Positions 8,825 through 18,036 of a stretch of DNA of 64,000 nucleotides are shown here, piece by piece. A program made the position numbers and the translations under genes. The notes under the pieces are model-generated. The model had not been told where the DNA came from. It made no database searches and was given only the letters and a program-made list of their open reading frames with translations. The stretch comes from Chloroflexota bacterium (GTDB lineage: Bacteria > Chloroflexota > Limnocylindria > Limnocylindrales > CSP1-4): positions 12,071 to 76,070 of the forward strand of contig DAOTXE010000036.1 in NCBI GenBank assembly GCA_034435355.1, read 5' to 3'. Each line of letters starts with the position of its first letter. Position 1 is the first letter of the stretch.

Positions 8825-9246
8825 CGCTCGTCCTGTGGGCGATCCGGCTGGCGTTCCTGGCCGCCCTCTACGCGTTTCTCGCCCTCGTGGCACGCGCCGT
8901 GCTGCGTGACATCCGGGCCGCGTCGCGGGATCCAGCAGGCGCGCTCGGACGGCTCGTCGTGGTCGCGAGCGCGCGCACGCCCGTAGTCGGCAGCGTCTTC
9001 CTCCTCGACGCGGTCGCGACCCTCGGTCGCGACCTCGGGAGCAGCGTGGTCCTCGAGGACCCGTTCGCCTCGACCCGTCACGCCGTCCTCACGTTCCGTG
9101 GGCGTGGCTGGTACGTGGAGGACCTCGGGAGCACCAACGGCACCCTGGTCAACGGCGAGCCGGTCACGGGGGCGCGCGCGCTGGGCTTCGGGGACGAGGT
9201 CCAGATCGGCGAGACGAGGATGCGCCTGGAGCGCGGGATCAGGTGA
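8812..9246 (+). CDS. fhaB: FhaB/FipA-like membrane-anchored FHA domain protein
   Basis: N-terminal TM (LVLWAIRLAFLAALYAFLALV) and FHA domain (ATLGRDLGSSVVLEDPFASTRHAVL ... DLGSTNGTLVNG). The GTG start follows GGAGGA and overlaps fhaA by 13 nt. Confidence 0.8.
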   Translation: MDPLTLVLWAIRLAFLAALYAFLALVARAVLRDIRAASRDPAGALGRLVVVASARTPVVGSVFLLDAVATLGRDLGSSVVLEDPFASTRHAVLTFRGRGWYVEDLGSTNGTLVNGEPVTGARALGFGDEVQIGETRMRLERGIR

Positions 9247-10634
9247 CGCGGGTCGACCTGCCGGGCTTTCCGCGCCCGGTGGCCCGTCCCCGCGAGCTGG
9301 GCCTCCTGGTCGCGATGGCGGGCTCTCTCCTCCTCGGGAGCCTTTCGCTCGGGTCCATGCAGGCCGGAGGCCTGGCGCTCGCCCAGCCCGCCGGGCTGGC
9401 GGTCTACCTTGGGGCGCTGGTCGCGGTGCACCTCGTGCTCGTGGCCGCCGGCCGACGGGTCGACGAGGTGCTGCTGCCGGTGGTCGGGTTGCTGGGCGGC
9501 ATCGGGCTCCTCCTCGCCGAGCGACTTCCGCAGGACCTCGTCGTCCAGAGGATCGGGCCCGTGACCCTCGGGCTTGCCTCGCTCCAGCTGATCTGGCTCG
9601 TGCTGGCCCTCGCGATCGGGGCCGTCGCCGCGGTCGGCGTCCGCTCGGACCGGTGGCTTCGGCTCTACAAGTACACCTGGGCCGCCTTCGGGCTCGGCCT
9701 GCTCCTGCTCACGTTCGTCTTCGGTCGCGACGTGAACGGGTCGCGCCTGACGCTCGACGTCGGGCCGTTGAGCTGGCAGCCCTCCGAGCTGCTCAAGGTG
9801 ATCCTGGTCGTCTTCTTCGCCGCATATCTCGCCGAGAACCGGGTCCTGCTCGCCGACGCCCGCGTTCGGGTGGCCGGCCCGCTGACGCTGCCGCCGGCCC
9901 CGTACCTGCTCCCGGCGGCCCTGATGCTCGCCCTGGCGCTCGGGATCGTGGTGATCCAGCGCGACCTGGGCGCGGCCCTGCTCTTCTTCTCGGTGTTCCT
10001 CTGCCTGTTCTACCTCGCGTCCGGCAGCAAGGTCGACGTGGTGATCGGGATCGTGCTCTTCGTGGCCGGCTTCGTCGTTCTCGCGCTGGTCTTCGCGCAC
10101 GTGCGAGAACGCGTCGCGAACTGGCTCGACCCGTGGGCCGACCCGCTCGGGGCCGGCTACCAGACGATCCAGGCGCTCCATGCGTTCGCGCGCGGCGGGC
10201 TTCTCGGGACGGGGCTGGGTGCAGGCCTCCCCGCGATCGACGGACACCTGCCGATCCCGGCCGTCCAGACGGACTTCCCGCTGGCAGCCCTCGGCGAGGA
10301 GCTCGGGATGGCCGGCGTCGTCGCCATCCTCGCCTGCTACCTCGTGATCGTGGCGCGCGGGCTCCGCATCGCGGCGGGCGCCGCCGACGACGTGCGGGCG
10401 CTCCTGGCGGCCGGTCTCGCGCTGGTGATCGGCGTGCAGGCGGTCATCATCGCCGGCGGCAACCTCAAGCTGATCCCGCTGACCGGAATCACCCTCCCGT
10501 TCATCAGCTACGGCGGGTCGTCGCTGCTCGTCAACGGGCTCATCGTGGGGCTCCTGCTCGCGCTCTCGGATCGAGGCCCGGCGCCGCCGGCGGAGCCGCG
10601 CGGGCCTCGTCGCACCCGGCAGAGCCGCGCGTGA
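9243..10634 (+). CDS. rodA: FtsW/RodA/SpoVE family peptidoglycan polymerase
   Basis: Polytopic membrane protein with the C-terminal PLTGITLPFISYGGSS motif. GTGA overlap with fhaB. Confidence 0.85.
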   Translation: MTRVDLPGFPRPVARPRELGLLVAMAGSLLLGSLSLGSMQAGGLALAQPAGLAVYLGALVAVHLVLVAAGRRVDEVLLPVVGLLGGIGLLLAERLPQDLVVQRIGPVTLGLASLQLIWLVLALAIGAVAAVGVRSDRWLRLYKYTWAAFGLGLLLLTFVFGRDVNGSRLTLDVGPLSWQPSELLKVILVVFFAAYLAENRVLLADARVRVAGPLTLPPAPYLLPAALMLALALGIVVIQRDLGAALLFFSVFLCLFYLASGSKVDVVIGIVLFVAGFVVLALVFAHVRERVANWLDPWADPLGAGYQTIQALHAFARGGLLGTGLGAGLPAIDGHLPIPAVQTDFPLAALGEELGMAGVVAILACYLVIVARGLRIAAGAADDVRALLAAGLALVIGVQAVIIAGGNLKLIPLTGITLPFISYGGSSLLVNGLIVGLLLALSDRGPAPPAEPRGPRRTRQSRA

Positions 10635-12139
10635 CGGCGCAAGCGGCGGGCGCGCGCGGTGAGCGTGCTCTCGGTGAGCGCGTGGTCCGGCTGGGCATCG
10701 CCCTGTCGATCGCGTTCGGTGGCGTTGCGCTCGGGGCGGGCTACTGGCAGGTCCTGCGCGCGGACGATCTCTCCCGCGACCCGGGCGACGCCGGCGTGAT
10801 CGCCGCAACGCAGAACGCGGTGCGCGGCCGGATCCTCGACCGCGACGGGCACGTGCTGGCCACGAACCGCCGCGGCACGGGGGGCGTGCTCTACCGGGTC
10901 TACGCCGACCCGTCCCTGAGCGCCCCGCTCGGGTACGCATCGAGCCTGTACGGGTCGGCCGGCCTGGAAGCCGCCAATGCATCCGTGCTGCTTGGACTCG
11001 GCGGTGTCGACCCGCTCGCCCGGGCGCTGGCGAAGTTCCGGTCGCCCTCTCCGCGGGGGGACGATCTGCGCAGCGGCCTCTCGCTGGCCCTGCAGGAGCT
11101 CGCGGTCCGCCTCCTGGGGACCGATCGCGGCGCGGTCGTCGCCCTCGACCCGAGGACCGGCGACGTCCTCGCGCTGGCGAGCACCCCGACGTTCGACGCG
11201 TCGGGGATCGCAAACCCGGCCACCTCGCGCGCTGCGTTCACCGAAGCCCTCGATGATCCCGGCCAGCCGCTCCTCGACCGCGCCACCCAGGGACTGTACG
11301 TGCCCGGATCCGCCTTCAAGATCGTGACCGCGATCGCGGGCTTCGCGTCGGGCGCGATCGACGCGGCGACCTCCTTCCCCCAGCAGCCCGGGGACGAGAC
11401 GACCGGCCTGCTCGTCGATGGATTCCGGGTCGTGGACGGTCACCACCTCTTCACCGGCTCGGAGGTGCTGGACTTCTCCCGTGCGACCGAGGTCTCCTGC
11501 AACATCTGGTATGCCCTGGCGGGGCTGCGCATCGGCGGCGCCGGCATGGATGCCGCCGCGCGACGGCTGGGATTCGGTGCTCCGATCCCGTTTGACCTCC
11601 CGACCGCCGCCTCGCAGCTCACGAACGGCGGCGGCCCGCTTCCGGGCGGCTTTGCGGACAACGTCGAGCTGGCGAACGCTGCCTATGGACAGGGTGAGGT
11701 GCTCGTCACCCCACTCCAGATGGCGCTCGTGGCGGCGACGGTCGCGAACGGCGGCATCGAGCCGCGGCCACGCCTCGTCACCGCCTTCGTGAGCCCGTCG
11801 GGTGCGGTCAGCGCTGTGCCCAGCGGGACGCTCGGCCGGGTGCTCGGGGCCCAGGACGCCGCCACGATCGCGGGCGCGATGGTCCAGGCCGTCGCGGGCG
11901 TCGACGGGCAGAAGTTCACCGCCGGCGCCCAGGTGGCGGGCGTCACCGTCGCGGGCAAGACGGGCACAGCCCAGCTGGGCGGGTCGGGTGAGCCCAACTC
12001 GTGGTTCATCGGCTTCGCACCCGCGGAGGCTCCCACGATCGCGCTGGCCGTCGTCGTGGAGCACGGTGGCTCCGGAGGGGCACGCGCCGCCCCGCTCGCC
12101 GGCGACCTGCTCCGGGCATACTTCGCCGCGCAGCCATGA
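10631..12139 (+). CDS. pbpA: Class B penicillin-binding protein (transpeptidase), PbpA-like
   Basis: SAFKIV (SxxK), EVSCN (SxN) and KTGTA (KTG) motifs plus an N-terminal TM. GTG 10631 overlaps the rodA stop (GTGA). The upstream part of the 1013-aa ORF overlaps rodA and is not used. Confidence 0.85.
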   Translation: MTAQAAGARGERALGERVVRLGIALSIAFGGVALGAGYWQVLRADDLSRDPGDAGVIAATQNAVRGRILDRDGHVLATNRRGTGGVLYRVYADPSLSAPLGYASSLYGSAGLEAANASVLLGLGGVDPLARALAKFRSPSPRGDDLRSGLSLALQELAVRLLGTDRGAVVALDPRTGDVLALASTPTFDASGIANPATSRAAFTEALDDPGQPLLDRATQGLYVPGSAFKIVTAIAGFASGAIDAATSFPQQPGDETTGLLVDGFRVVDGHHLFTGSEVLDFSRATEVSCNIWYALAGLRIGGAGMDAAARRLGFGAPIPFDLPTAASQLTNGGGPLPGGFADNVELANAAYGQGEVLVTPLQMALVAATVANGGIEPRPRLVTAFVSPSGAVSAVPSGTLGRVLGAQDAATIAGAMVQAVAGVDGQKFTAGAQVAGVTVAGKTGTAQLGGSGEPNSWFIGFAPAEAPTIALAVVVEHGGSGGARAAPLAGDLLRAYFAAQP

Positions 12140-12399
12140 ACAGCCCGAGCATGCCGGACGACGCCCTGCGGACCCCGGACGAGGGACCCGACGATGGGGC
12201 GCCCGAGAGCGGCCCGCGCGCGCCGCGACCGATCGTCGAACGCATCGGCCTGGCGATCATCGCCGTGGTCGTCATCGCGGTGTTCGGCGCGCTCGCGGCC
12301 GCGTCGTTCGTCTCGGGCGAGCTGTTTCTCGCGCTGATGGCCGGCCTCGGGGCGCTGATGACGGCGTGGGCGGGCGGGAGAACGCTGCTCCGGGGCTGA
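12136..12399 (+). CDS. Small hypothetical membrane protein (two predicted TM segments)
   Basis: ATGA overlap with the pbpA stop. Hydrophobic segments are IGLAIIAVVVIAVFGALAAASFV and LFLALMAGLGALMTAWAG. Confidence 0.5.
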   Translation: MNSPSMPDDALRTPDEGPDDGAPESGPRAPRPIVERIGLAIIAVVVIAVFGALAAASFVSGELFLALMAGLGALMTAWAGGRTLLRG

Positions 12400-12550
12400 C
12401 CGACACCCGGTGAGGACGGGCGGGGAACCGTTCCTGCGCTTCGGACGTACTATCTTGAAATCCCGGACCGCTTGCACCCCGCGCCTGGCGGGCGTTCCAT
12501 CGTCCCCGTAGCCCTTGCCCGCCCGACGCGCCGCGACAGGAGCCAGCCCG

Positions 12551-13540
12551 ATGACCAAGATCCAGGAGTCCGGCGAACGGGTCGTCGCCAACGTCGAGCG
12601 CGTGATCGTGGGCAAGCACCACGAGGTCCAGCTTGCCCTCGTGGCCCTGCTGTGCCGGGGCCACCTTCTGATCGAGGATGTGCCCGGCACGGGCAAGACG
12701 GTGCTGGCCAAGGCGATCGCACGGAGCCTGGGCTCGTCGTTCCGGCGGATCCAGTTCACGCCGGACCTGCTGCCCTCGGACGTGACCGGCCTCTCGATCT
12801 ACAACCAGAAGACCCAGGAGTTCGAGTTCCGCCCGGGTCCGATCATGAGCCAGGTGGTCCTGGCGGACGAGATCAACCGGGCGACTCCCAAGACCCAGTC
12901 GGCGCTGCTCGAGTGCATGGAGGAGCGTCAGGCGACGATCGACGGGATCAGCCACCAGATGCCCGACCCGTTCCTCGTGATCGCCACCCAGAACCCGATC
13001 GAATACGAGGGCACGTTCGCGCTCCCGGAGGCCCAGCTGGACCGGTTCATGCTTCGGCTGCGGATGGGCTACCCGACGCCGACCGAGGAGATCGTGATCC
13101 TCGACGAACAGAAGCGGTTGCATCCGCTCGACGAGCTCGTCGAGGTCTGCCCGGTGGCCGAGTTGCGCGAGATGCAGGCGGCGATCCGCGAGATCTACGT
13201 GGACACGAGCGTGGCCGAGTACATCGTCCGGCTCGTGAACGCGACCCGCAGCCATCCCGACATCTACCTCGGCGCCTCGCCGCGTGGCTCGATCGCGCTC
13301 TATCGCAGCGGCCAGGCCCGGGCGGCGCTGCTCGGCCGCGACTACGTCATCCCGGACGACGTCAAGACCCTGGCCGTGCCTGCCCTGGCGCACCGCCTCA
13401 TCGTCCGGACCAGCTCCTCGATCCGCGAGGTCGACGCGGAGACCGTGGTGCGCGAGCTGCTCGATTCGGTGCCGGTCGATGCTCCCGCCCGACCCGGCGG
13501 CCCGCGCCCGATCGAGACCGAGGCCCCGCGCGGCCGCTGA
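12551..13540 (+). CDS. MoxR-family AAA+ ATPase
   Basis: Walker [19 protein letters not shown] and Walker B/sensor [28 protein letters not shown] lies upstream of ATG 12551. Confidence 0.9.
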   Translation: MTKIQESGERVVANVERVIVGKHHEVQLALVALLCRGHLLIEDVPGTGKTVLAKAIARSLGSSFRRIQFTPDLLPSDVTGLSIYNQKTQEFEFRPGPIMSQVVLADEINRATPKTQSALLECMEERQATIDGISHQMPDPFLVIATQNPIEYEGTFALPEAQLDRFMLRLRMGYPTPTEEIVILDEQKRLHPLDELVEVCPVAELREMQAAIREIYVDTSVAEYIVRLVNATRSHPDIYLGASPRGSIALYRSGQARAALLGRDYVIPDDVKTLAVPALAHRLIVRTSSSIREVDAETVVRELLDSVPVDAPARPGGPRPIETEAPRGR

Positions 13541-13564
13541 CCGGCCGCGAGATCCGGGTCGAAC

Positions 13565-14818
13565 GTGGGCTTCCTGCGGCGCCTGCCATTCCTCGTCGTC
13601 GGTGGCCTTCTCGTGGTGGCCGCATTCAGCACCGGCTACGAGTTCCTCTTCTACGTGGTCTACCTCGCGATGTTCGTCGTCGGCGGGAGCTACCTGGTCA
13701 CCCGCAACGGCCTGGCGGATCTCGAAGCCGGCTACGCCGTCAGCCAGCTGCAGGCCCACGTCGGCGACCAGCTCCGGACGACCTACACCCTCCGCAACAC
13801 GAGCCGGCTGCCGAAGCTCTGGCTCGAGGTCCACAATCCCTCGACGCTGCCCATCCCGCTGCCCGGCCGGGCGATCTCCCTCGGGACGCGCCGCGAGCGG
13901 TCGTGGGTGGCGCGCGTGCCGCTTGCGCGCCGGGGCCACTTCCGGGTGGATCCGCTCCAGATCCGGACTGGCGACCCCTTCGGGTTCTTCGAGGCCAACG
14001 CGTCCGTGGGCCACGGACTGTCGCTCGTCGTCTACCCGCGGATCGAGACGATCCCGCGCTGGCGCCTCCGGGCGGTAAGCCTCGAGGGGAGCCGGTCCAC
14101 GCCCGTCCGAACGCAGCAGACGACCCCGCTGGCGACCTCGATCCGGCCGTACGCGCCGGGTGATGCCTTCAACCGCATCCACTGGCCGTCGACCGCCCGG
14201 GTCGGCGAGATCCAGGTCAAGGAGTTCGACCTGGAGCAGACAGCCGACGTCTGGCTCTTCGTGGACCTCGAGCGTCGCGTGCAGCACGGCTCCGGCGACG
14301 ACTCGACCGTCGAGGTTGCCGTGCGCGCCGCTGCCGCGGTCGCCGAGCGGGCGCTCTCCGAGAACCGGTCGGTCGGGCTGACCACCACCGGCGCCCATAT
14401 CACGCATCTCTCGCCGGACCGCGGCGCGCGCCAGCGCCAGAAGATCCTCAACCTGCTTGCGGCCGTGGACGGGGACGGGAGCGTTCCGCTGGTCGAGGCG
14501 CTCGTCGCCGGGCTGCCACTTCTCCGCCGCGGCATGTCGGCGATCATCGTCACCCCGGCCGCGGACCCGGCATGGGTCCGGCCGCTCGGGAGCCTTCGCC
14601 CGCGCGGGATCGGGACCCAGGTGCTCTACCTCGAGCCGTCCGCTTTCGTCCGCCACGGCCTGCCGGCCGCGGGCAGCCCGGACGGGCCCGATGCGGCTCA
14701 CGAGATCGGCGTCCTCGAGCAGTCGTCACGCCGGGTCCGCCATGCGCTCGGAGAGTTCGACCTGAAGACGTACCCGGTTCCGCCCGGCGTCCCGCTCGGC
14801 GAGGTCCTGGTCGGATGA
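13565..14818 (+). CDS. DUF58 domain protein (MoxR partner)
   Basis: N-terminal TMs and the DUF58 core IRPYAPGDAFNRIHWPSTAR ... VKEFD. It directly follows moxR. Confidence 0.8.
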   Translation: MGFLRRLPFLVVGGLLVVAAFSTGYEFLFYVVYLAMFVVGGSYLVTRNGLADLEAGYAVSQLQAHVGDQLRTTYTLRNTSRLPKLWLEVHNPSTLPIPLPGRAISLGTRRERSWVARVPLARRGHFRVDPLQIRTGDPFGFFEANASVGHGLSLVVYPRIETIPRWRLRAVSLEGSRSTPVRTQQTTPLATSIRPYAPGDAFNRIHWPSTARVGEIQVKEFDLEQTADVWLFVDLERRVQHGSGDDSTVEVAVRAAAAVAERALSENRSVGLTTTGAHITHLSPDRGARQRQKILNLLAAVDGDGSVPLVEALVAGLPLLRRGMSAIIVTPAADPAWVRPLGSLRPRGIGTQVLYLEPSAFVRHGLPAAGSPDGPDAAHEIGVLEQSSRRVRHALGEFDLKTYPVPPGVPLGEVLVG

Positions 14819-17148
14819 GCACCGCCCGGGCGGCTTTCTCCGCACCGTCAGCCGAGGCCGTCGGCGGGGAGCGGCATGTCGTGCTCGCCCCCGCCGAGGG
14901 CTGGGCGAGCGTCCTTCTGCTCGCGCTCATGGCGGGGCTCGTGGGGTGGGGGATCGACGACGCGCACTGGGTGCTCGGCAGCCGGACGCTGACGGACTTC
15001 CTGCCGTGGGCCGGGGTGCTCGGCGTCGCCTGGGGCTTCGTCGCGGCAAAGTCGGGCAGAGGCCGCATCGTCGCGTACTTCGGCGGAGCGTTCGCCGCCA
15101 CCGCCTGCCTGACCCTCGTCGTGGGAGCCCACCTCGCTCCCGGCCAGTCGCTGGGCGGGCTCTTCCAGGCCACGTCGGACTCGGTCATGCAGGCGTATCT
15201 CGACCTCGTGATCCGCGGCCGTGCCACGACGCAGGAGGTCGGGCATTTCCTGCTCGTCCTCGGCATCGTCTGCTGGGGCGCCGGCCAGTTCGCCGGGTAC
15301 ACCGCCTACGCCCACCGGCGGCCCGTCGCCGCCGTGGTCCTGCCCGGGTCGATCCTCCTGGCGAACGTCGTGCTGACGATCCGGGACCAGTACCCGCTGC
15401 TCGTGCTGTACTCCATCGCCGCGCTCCTGTTCCTCATCCGGTTCCGTGTCGCGGACGAGCAGCGGGCGTGGCTGCGACACCGCATCGGCGACGTCGGCGA
15501 CGCTGCCGGGCTGTCGCTTCGGGCCGGCCTCGCGTTCGTCACCGGCGCAGTCCTCGGCGCGCTGTTCCTGACCCAGGCCGCATCCTCCGCGCCGCTGGCG
15601 AATGCCTGGCCAGGCCTGAACGAGAAGTTCACGGAGCTCGCCCAGCAGTGGGTCCGGTACTTCCCGGCGGGCGGGCCCGGCACCCGGATCACCGGCACGC
15701 AGTTCGGCTCGTCGACGACGATCACCGGCGCCTGGGTGACCGACGCGACTCCCATCTTCACGATCCAGGCGCCTGCCGGCAGCCCGCGCCTGAAGTGGCG
15801 CGCGGTCGCCTACGACCAGCTGATCGGGAACACGTGGAGCTGGAGCGGGGCGGCCCAGGTCACCGTCGGGGCCTCTGGGAGCCTTCTTGCCGGGACCCTC
15901 GACGCGCCACAGGCTACCGTCCGCTACCTGACCGAGGACTACCGGGTGAGCGGCCTTGCCGCGGGGAGCATCGTCATTGCACCGGGCATCCCCACGCTCC
16001 TGGACCGGGCAGCCAGCGTGACCCTGGTGCCGAGCGGCACGGACACCGCCTTCGGGCGCATCGTGCCGGTCGGGGGCAGCGGTTACACGCTGGAGGCGCT
16101 CGTACCGGACCTCTCCAACCCGGACGATCCGACGGCGCTGACGGCGAACCGTCTCCGGGCGGCGGGAACCGACTATCCGCCGGCGCTGCGTGCCGCCTAC
16201 ACGTCGATCGAGCCCGGGACCGTGGGGCCCGAGACACGCGCGCTGCTCTCGCAGATCGTCACGGCTGCTCGGCCGACGACGCCGTACGACACCGCCAGGG
16301 CGATCGAGTCGTACCTGCGCGATCCGGCGCACTTCACCTACAGCACGAACGTCACGAACGTCGACTGCGGCGGGCGGGGCGTGGTGGATTGCTTCGTCGA
16401 CTCGCGGACGGGCTACTGCGAGCACTACGCCTCGACGATGGTGATGATGTTGCGTGTCGAGGGGATCCCGGCGCGGTTCGTGGAGGGCTTTCTGGCCGGC
16501 CCGCGCGATGCGAACGGGGTCGAGACGATCCGCCGCAACGGGGCGCACGCCTGGGTGGAGGTCTGGTTCCCGGGCGCGGGCTGGGTGGACTTCGACCCCA
16601 CCGGGGGAGGCGTTGGCATCCCCCTCGCGCTGCCCGCGGGGCCGGCCGTCGCGGCCCCCATCCCGTCGGCCAGCGCGGCCGCGTCCGGCGCCCCGGGCCC
16701 CAGCCGTCGCATCGGCGGCGAGGCGTCCGGCGCCCCGGCCGGCGCCGGACTCTCGGGTGCGGCCGGCCCGGGCATCGGGCCGATCGTGGCCGTCGCGATC
16801 CCGCTCGCAGCTGCCCTGCTCGGGCTTCTCCTCGTCTTCGTGCAGCGCCGCCTCGGGCGCCCGGCCGAGCCGGCGTCGGTTTATCGCACGGTCGCCGGGC
16901 TCGCCGGCCGCCTGGGCTACCCGCGCCGGCCGACCGAGACCGTCTACGAGTACCTCGGGGCACTCTCGGAGGTCGTGCCCGCCGCGCGCCCGGAGCTGCA
17001 GTTGGTGGCCCGATCGACCGTGGAGGCGACCTACGGGCGGCGTCGCTTCGGCGCGGACCGCCTCTCGGCGCTCGGGGTGGCCCGGCGCCGCCTTCGGGTC
17101 GCCCTGCTCCGCCTCGCGTTCGTCCGGCGCCGGGGCCGGCGCGGCTGA
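14815..17148 (+). CDS. Transglutaminase-domain membrane protein (TgpA/DUF3488-like)
   Basis: ATGA overlap with DUF58. It has many N-terminal TMs. The transglutaminase core is GYCEHYASTMVMMLR ... GAHAWVEVWFPGAGWVDFDPT. Confidence 0.8.
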   Translation: MSTARAAFSAPSAEAVGGERHVVLAPAEGWASVLLLALMAGLVGWGIDDAHWVLGSRTLTDFLPWAGVLGVAWGFVAAKSGRGRIVAYFGGAFAATACLTLVVGAHLAPGQSLGGLFQATSDSVMQAYLDLVIRGRATTQEVGHFLLVLGIVCWGAGQFAGYTAYAHRRPVAAVVLPGSILLANVVLTIRDQYPLLVLYSIAALLFLIRFRVADEQRAWLRHRIGDVGDAAGLSLRAGLAFVTGAVLGALFLTQAASSAPLANAWPGLNEKFTELAQQWVRYFPAGGPGTRITGTQFGSSTTITGAWVTDATPIFTIQAPAGSPRLKWRAVAYDQLIGNTWSWSGAAQVTVGASGSLLAGTLDAPQATVRYLTEDYRVSGLAAGSIVIAPGIPTLLDRAASVTLVPSGTDTAFGRIVPVGGSGYTLEALVPDLSNPDDPTALTANRLRAAGTDYPPALRAAYTSIEPGTVGPETRALLSQIVTAARPTTPYDTARAIESYLRDPAHFTYSTNVTNVDCGGRGVVDCFVDSRTGYCEHYASTMVMMLRVEGIPARFVEGFLAGPRDANGVETIRRNGAHAWVEVWFPGAGWVDFDPTGGGVGIPLALPAGPAVAAPIPSASAAASGAPGPSRRIGGEASGAPAGAGLSGAAGPGIGPIVAVAIPLAAALLGLLLVFVQRRLGRPAEPASVYRTVAGLAGRLGYPRRPTETVYEYLGALSEVVPAARPELQLVARSTVEATYGRRRFGADRLSALGVARRRLRVALLRLAFVRRRGRRG

Positions 17149-18036
17149 CTACAGCGCTCCGCTCCGGGCGCGAGCCGTCATCTCGTCCTCGGCGCGCCGC
17201 TCGGCCTCTCCCGCCTCGATCTCCAGGGGCGCAAGATGCTCGGTCCGGTTCCAGGCGCGCAGGACCGTGCGGCCGCCGCGGATGTCGAGGATGGCGATGC
17301 CGGTGGTAGCCTGGGTGAACGTCCAGAAGCGGTCCAGGGGGAGACCGAGCAGCGCGAGAAGCGCGACCTTGAACGCCCCGTCGTGGCCGACCAGGACGGC
17401 CCAGGGTCCTTCGTGGGGATCGTAGAAGGAGCGCCCGGGCGTCACGGGCGCGCGTCCCTCTGGCGTGGCATCCCCCGCATCTCCGGATTCCCTGGCGACC
17501 CCGGACGCGCGGGCGAGGCGGTCGATGACGCGCCCGAGTCCTGCCCTGACCCGACGATCCACCGCCGTGAGCGGCTCGCCCCCGGGCGCGTAGATGCGCA
17601 CCGGGTCACGCCGCCAGCCCGCGACCTCGGCGGGCCACCCGGCCTCGACCTCGCGCTGCAGGAGCCCTTCCCAGGCGCCCTGCGCGATCTCGGCGAAGCC
17701 GGGCTCCGGGGTGAGCGGCGGCGCGGGCCGCCCGGCGGCCGCGATGGCGGCGGCCACCGCGGCCGCCGTCTGCGCCGTCCGCAGGAGCGGAGAGTGGATG
17801 ATCGCGACCGGATCGCCGGGTGGCACGGGCAATCGCGGCGGGGCTGCCGGGTCGGCGAGACGTATGCCCGCGAGGGCCGCCTGGCGCTCGCCGAGCTCCG
17901 ACAGCGGCGTGTCCGCCTGCCCCTGGAAGCGACCCTCGGCCAGCCAGACGGACTGTCCGTGGCGGACCAGGACGAGCGACGCCGCGAGGTCGGGCGGGAC
18001 CGCCAGCGGAGGCGGCGTCCCGGGACCCTCGGTCAC
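17149..18036 (-). CDS. Histidine phosphatase (dPGM-like) superfamily protein
   Basis: RHG motif LVLVRHGQSVW, downstream GHDG, and a roughly 30-aa insertion. The GTG start overlaps the serA stop (GTGA). Confidence 0.8.
   Translation of the reverse strand: MTEGPGTPPPLAVPPDLAASLVLVRHGQSVWLAEGRFQGQADTPLSELGERQAALAGIRLADPAAPPRLPVPPGDPVAIIHSPLLRTAQTAAAVAAAIAAAGRPAPPLTPEPGFAEIAQGAWEGLLQREVEAGWPAEVAGWRRDPVRIYAPGGEPLTAVDRRVRAGLGRVIDRLARASGVARESGDAGDATPEGRAPVTPGRSFYDPHEGPWAVLVGHDGAFKVALLALLGLPLDRFWTFTQATTGIAILDIRGGRTVLRAWNRTEHLAPLEIEAGEAERRAEDEMTARARSGAL

Noticed and set aside
9098-10630. Upstream 511 codons of the 1013-aa ORF that contains the PBP
   Set aside because: This part overlaps rodA in another frame and translates to an Arg/Pro/Gly-rich sequence. 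The PBP domain starts at GTG 10631, which forms a GTGA overlap with the rodA stop.
12424-12453. GGAAC-C-GTTCC palindrome and TACTAT hexamer upstream of moxR as operator and promoter
   Set aside because: The palindrome is short, there is no matching -35, and the spacing to the start (about 100 nt) is uninformative. The evidence is too weak to call.
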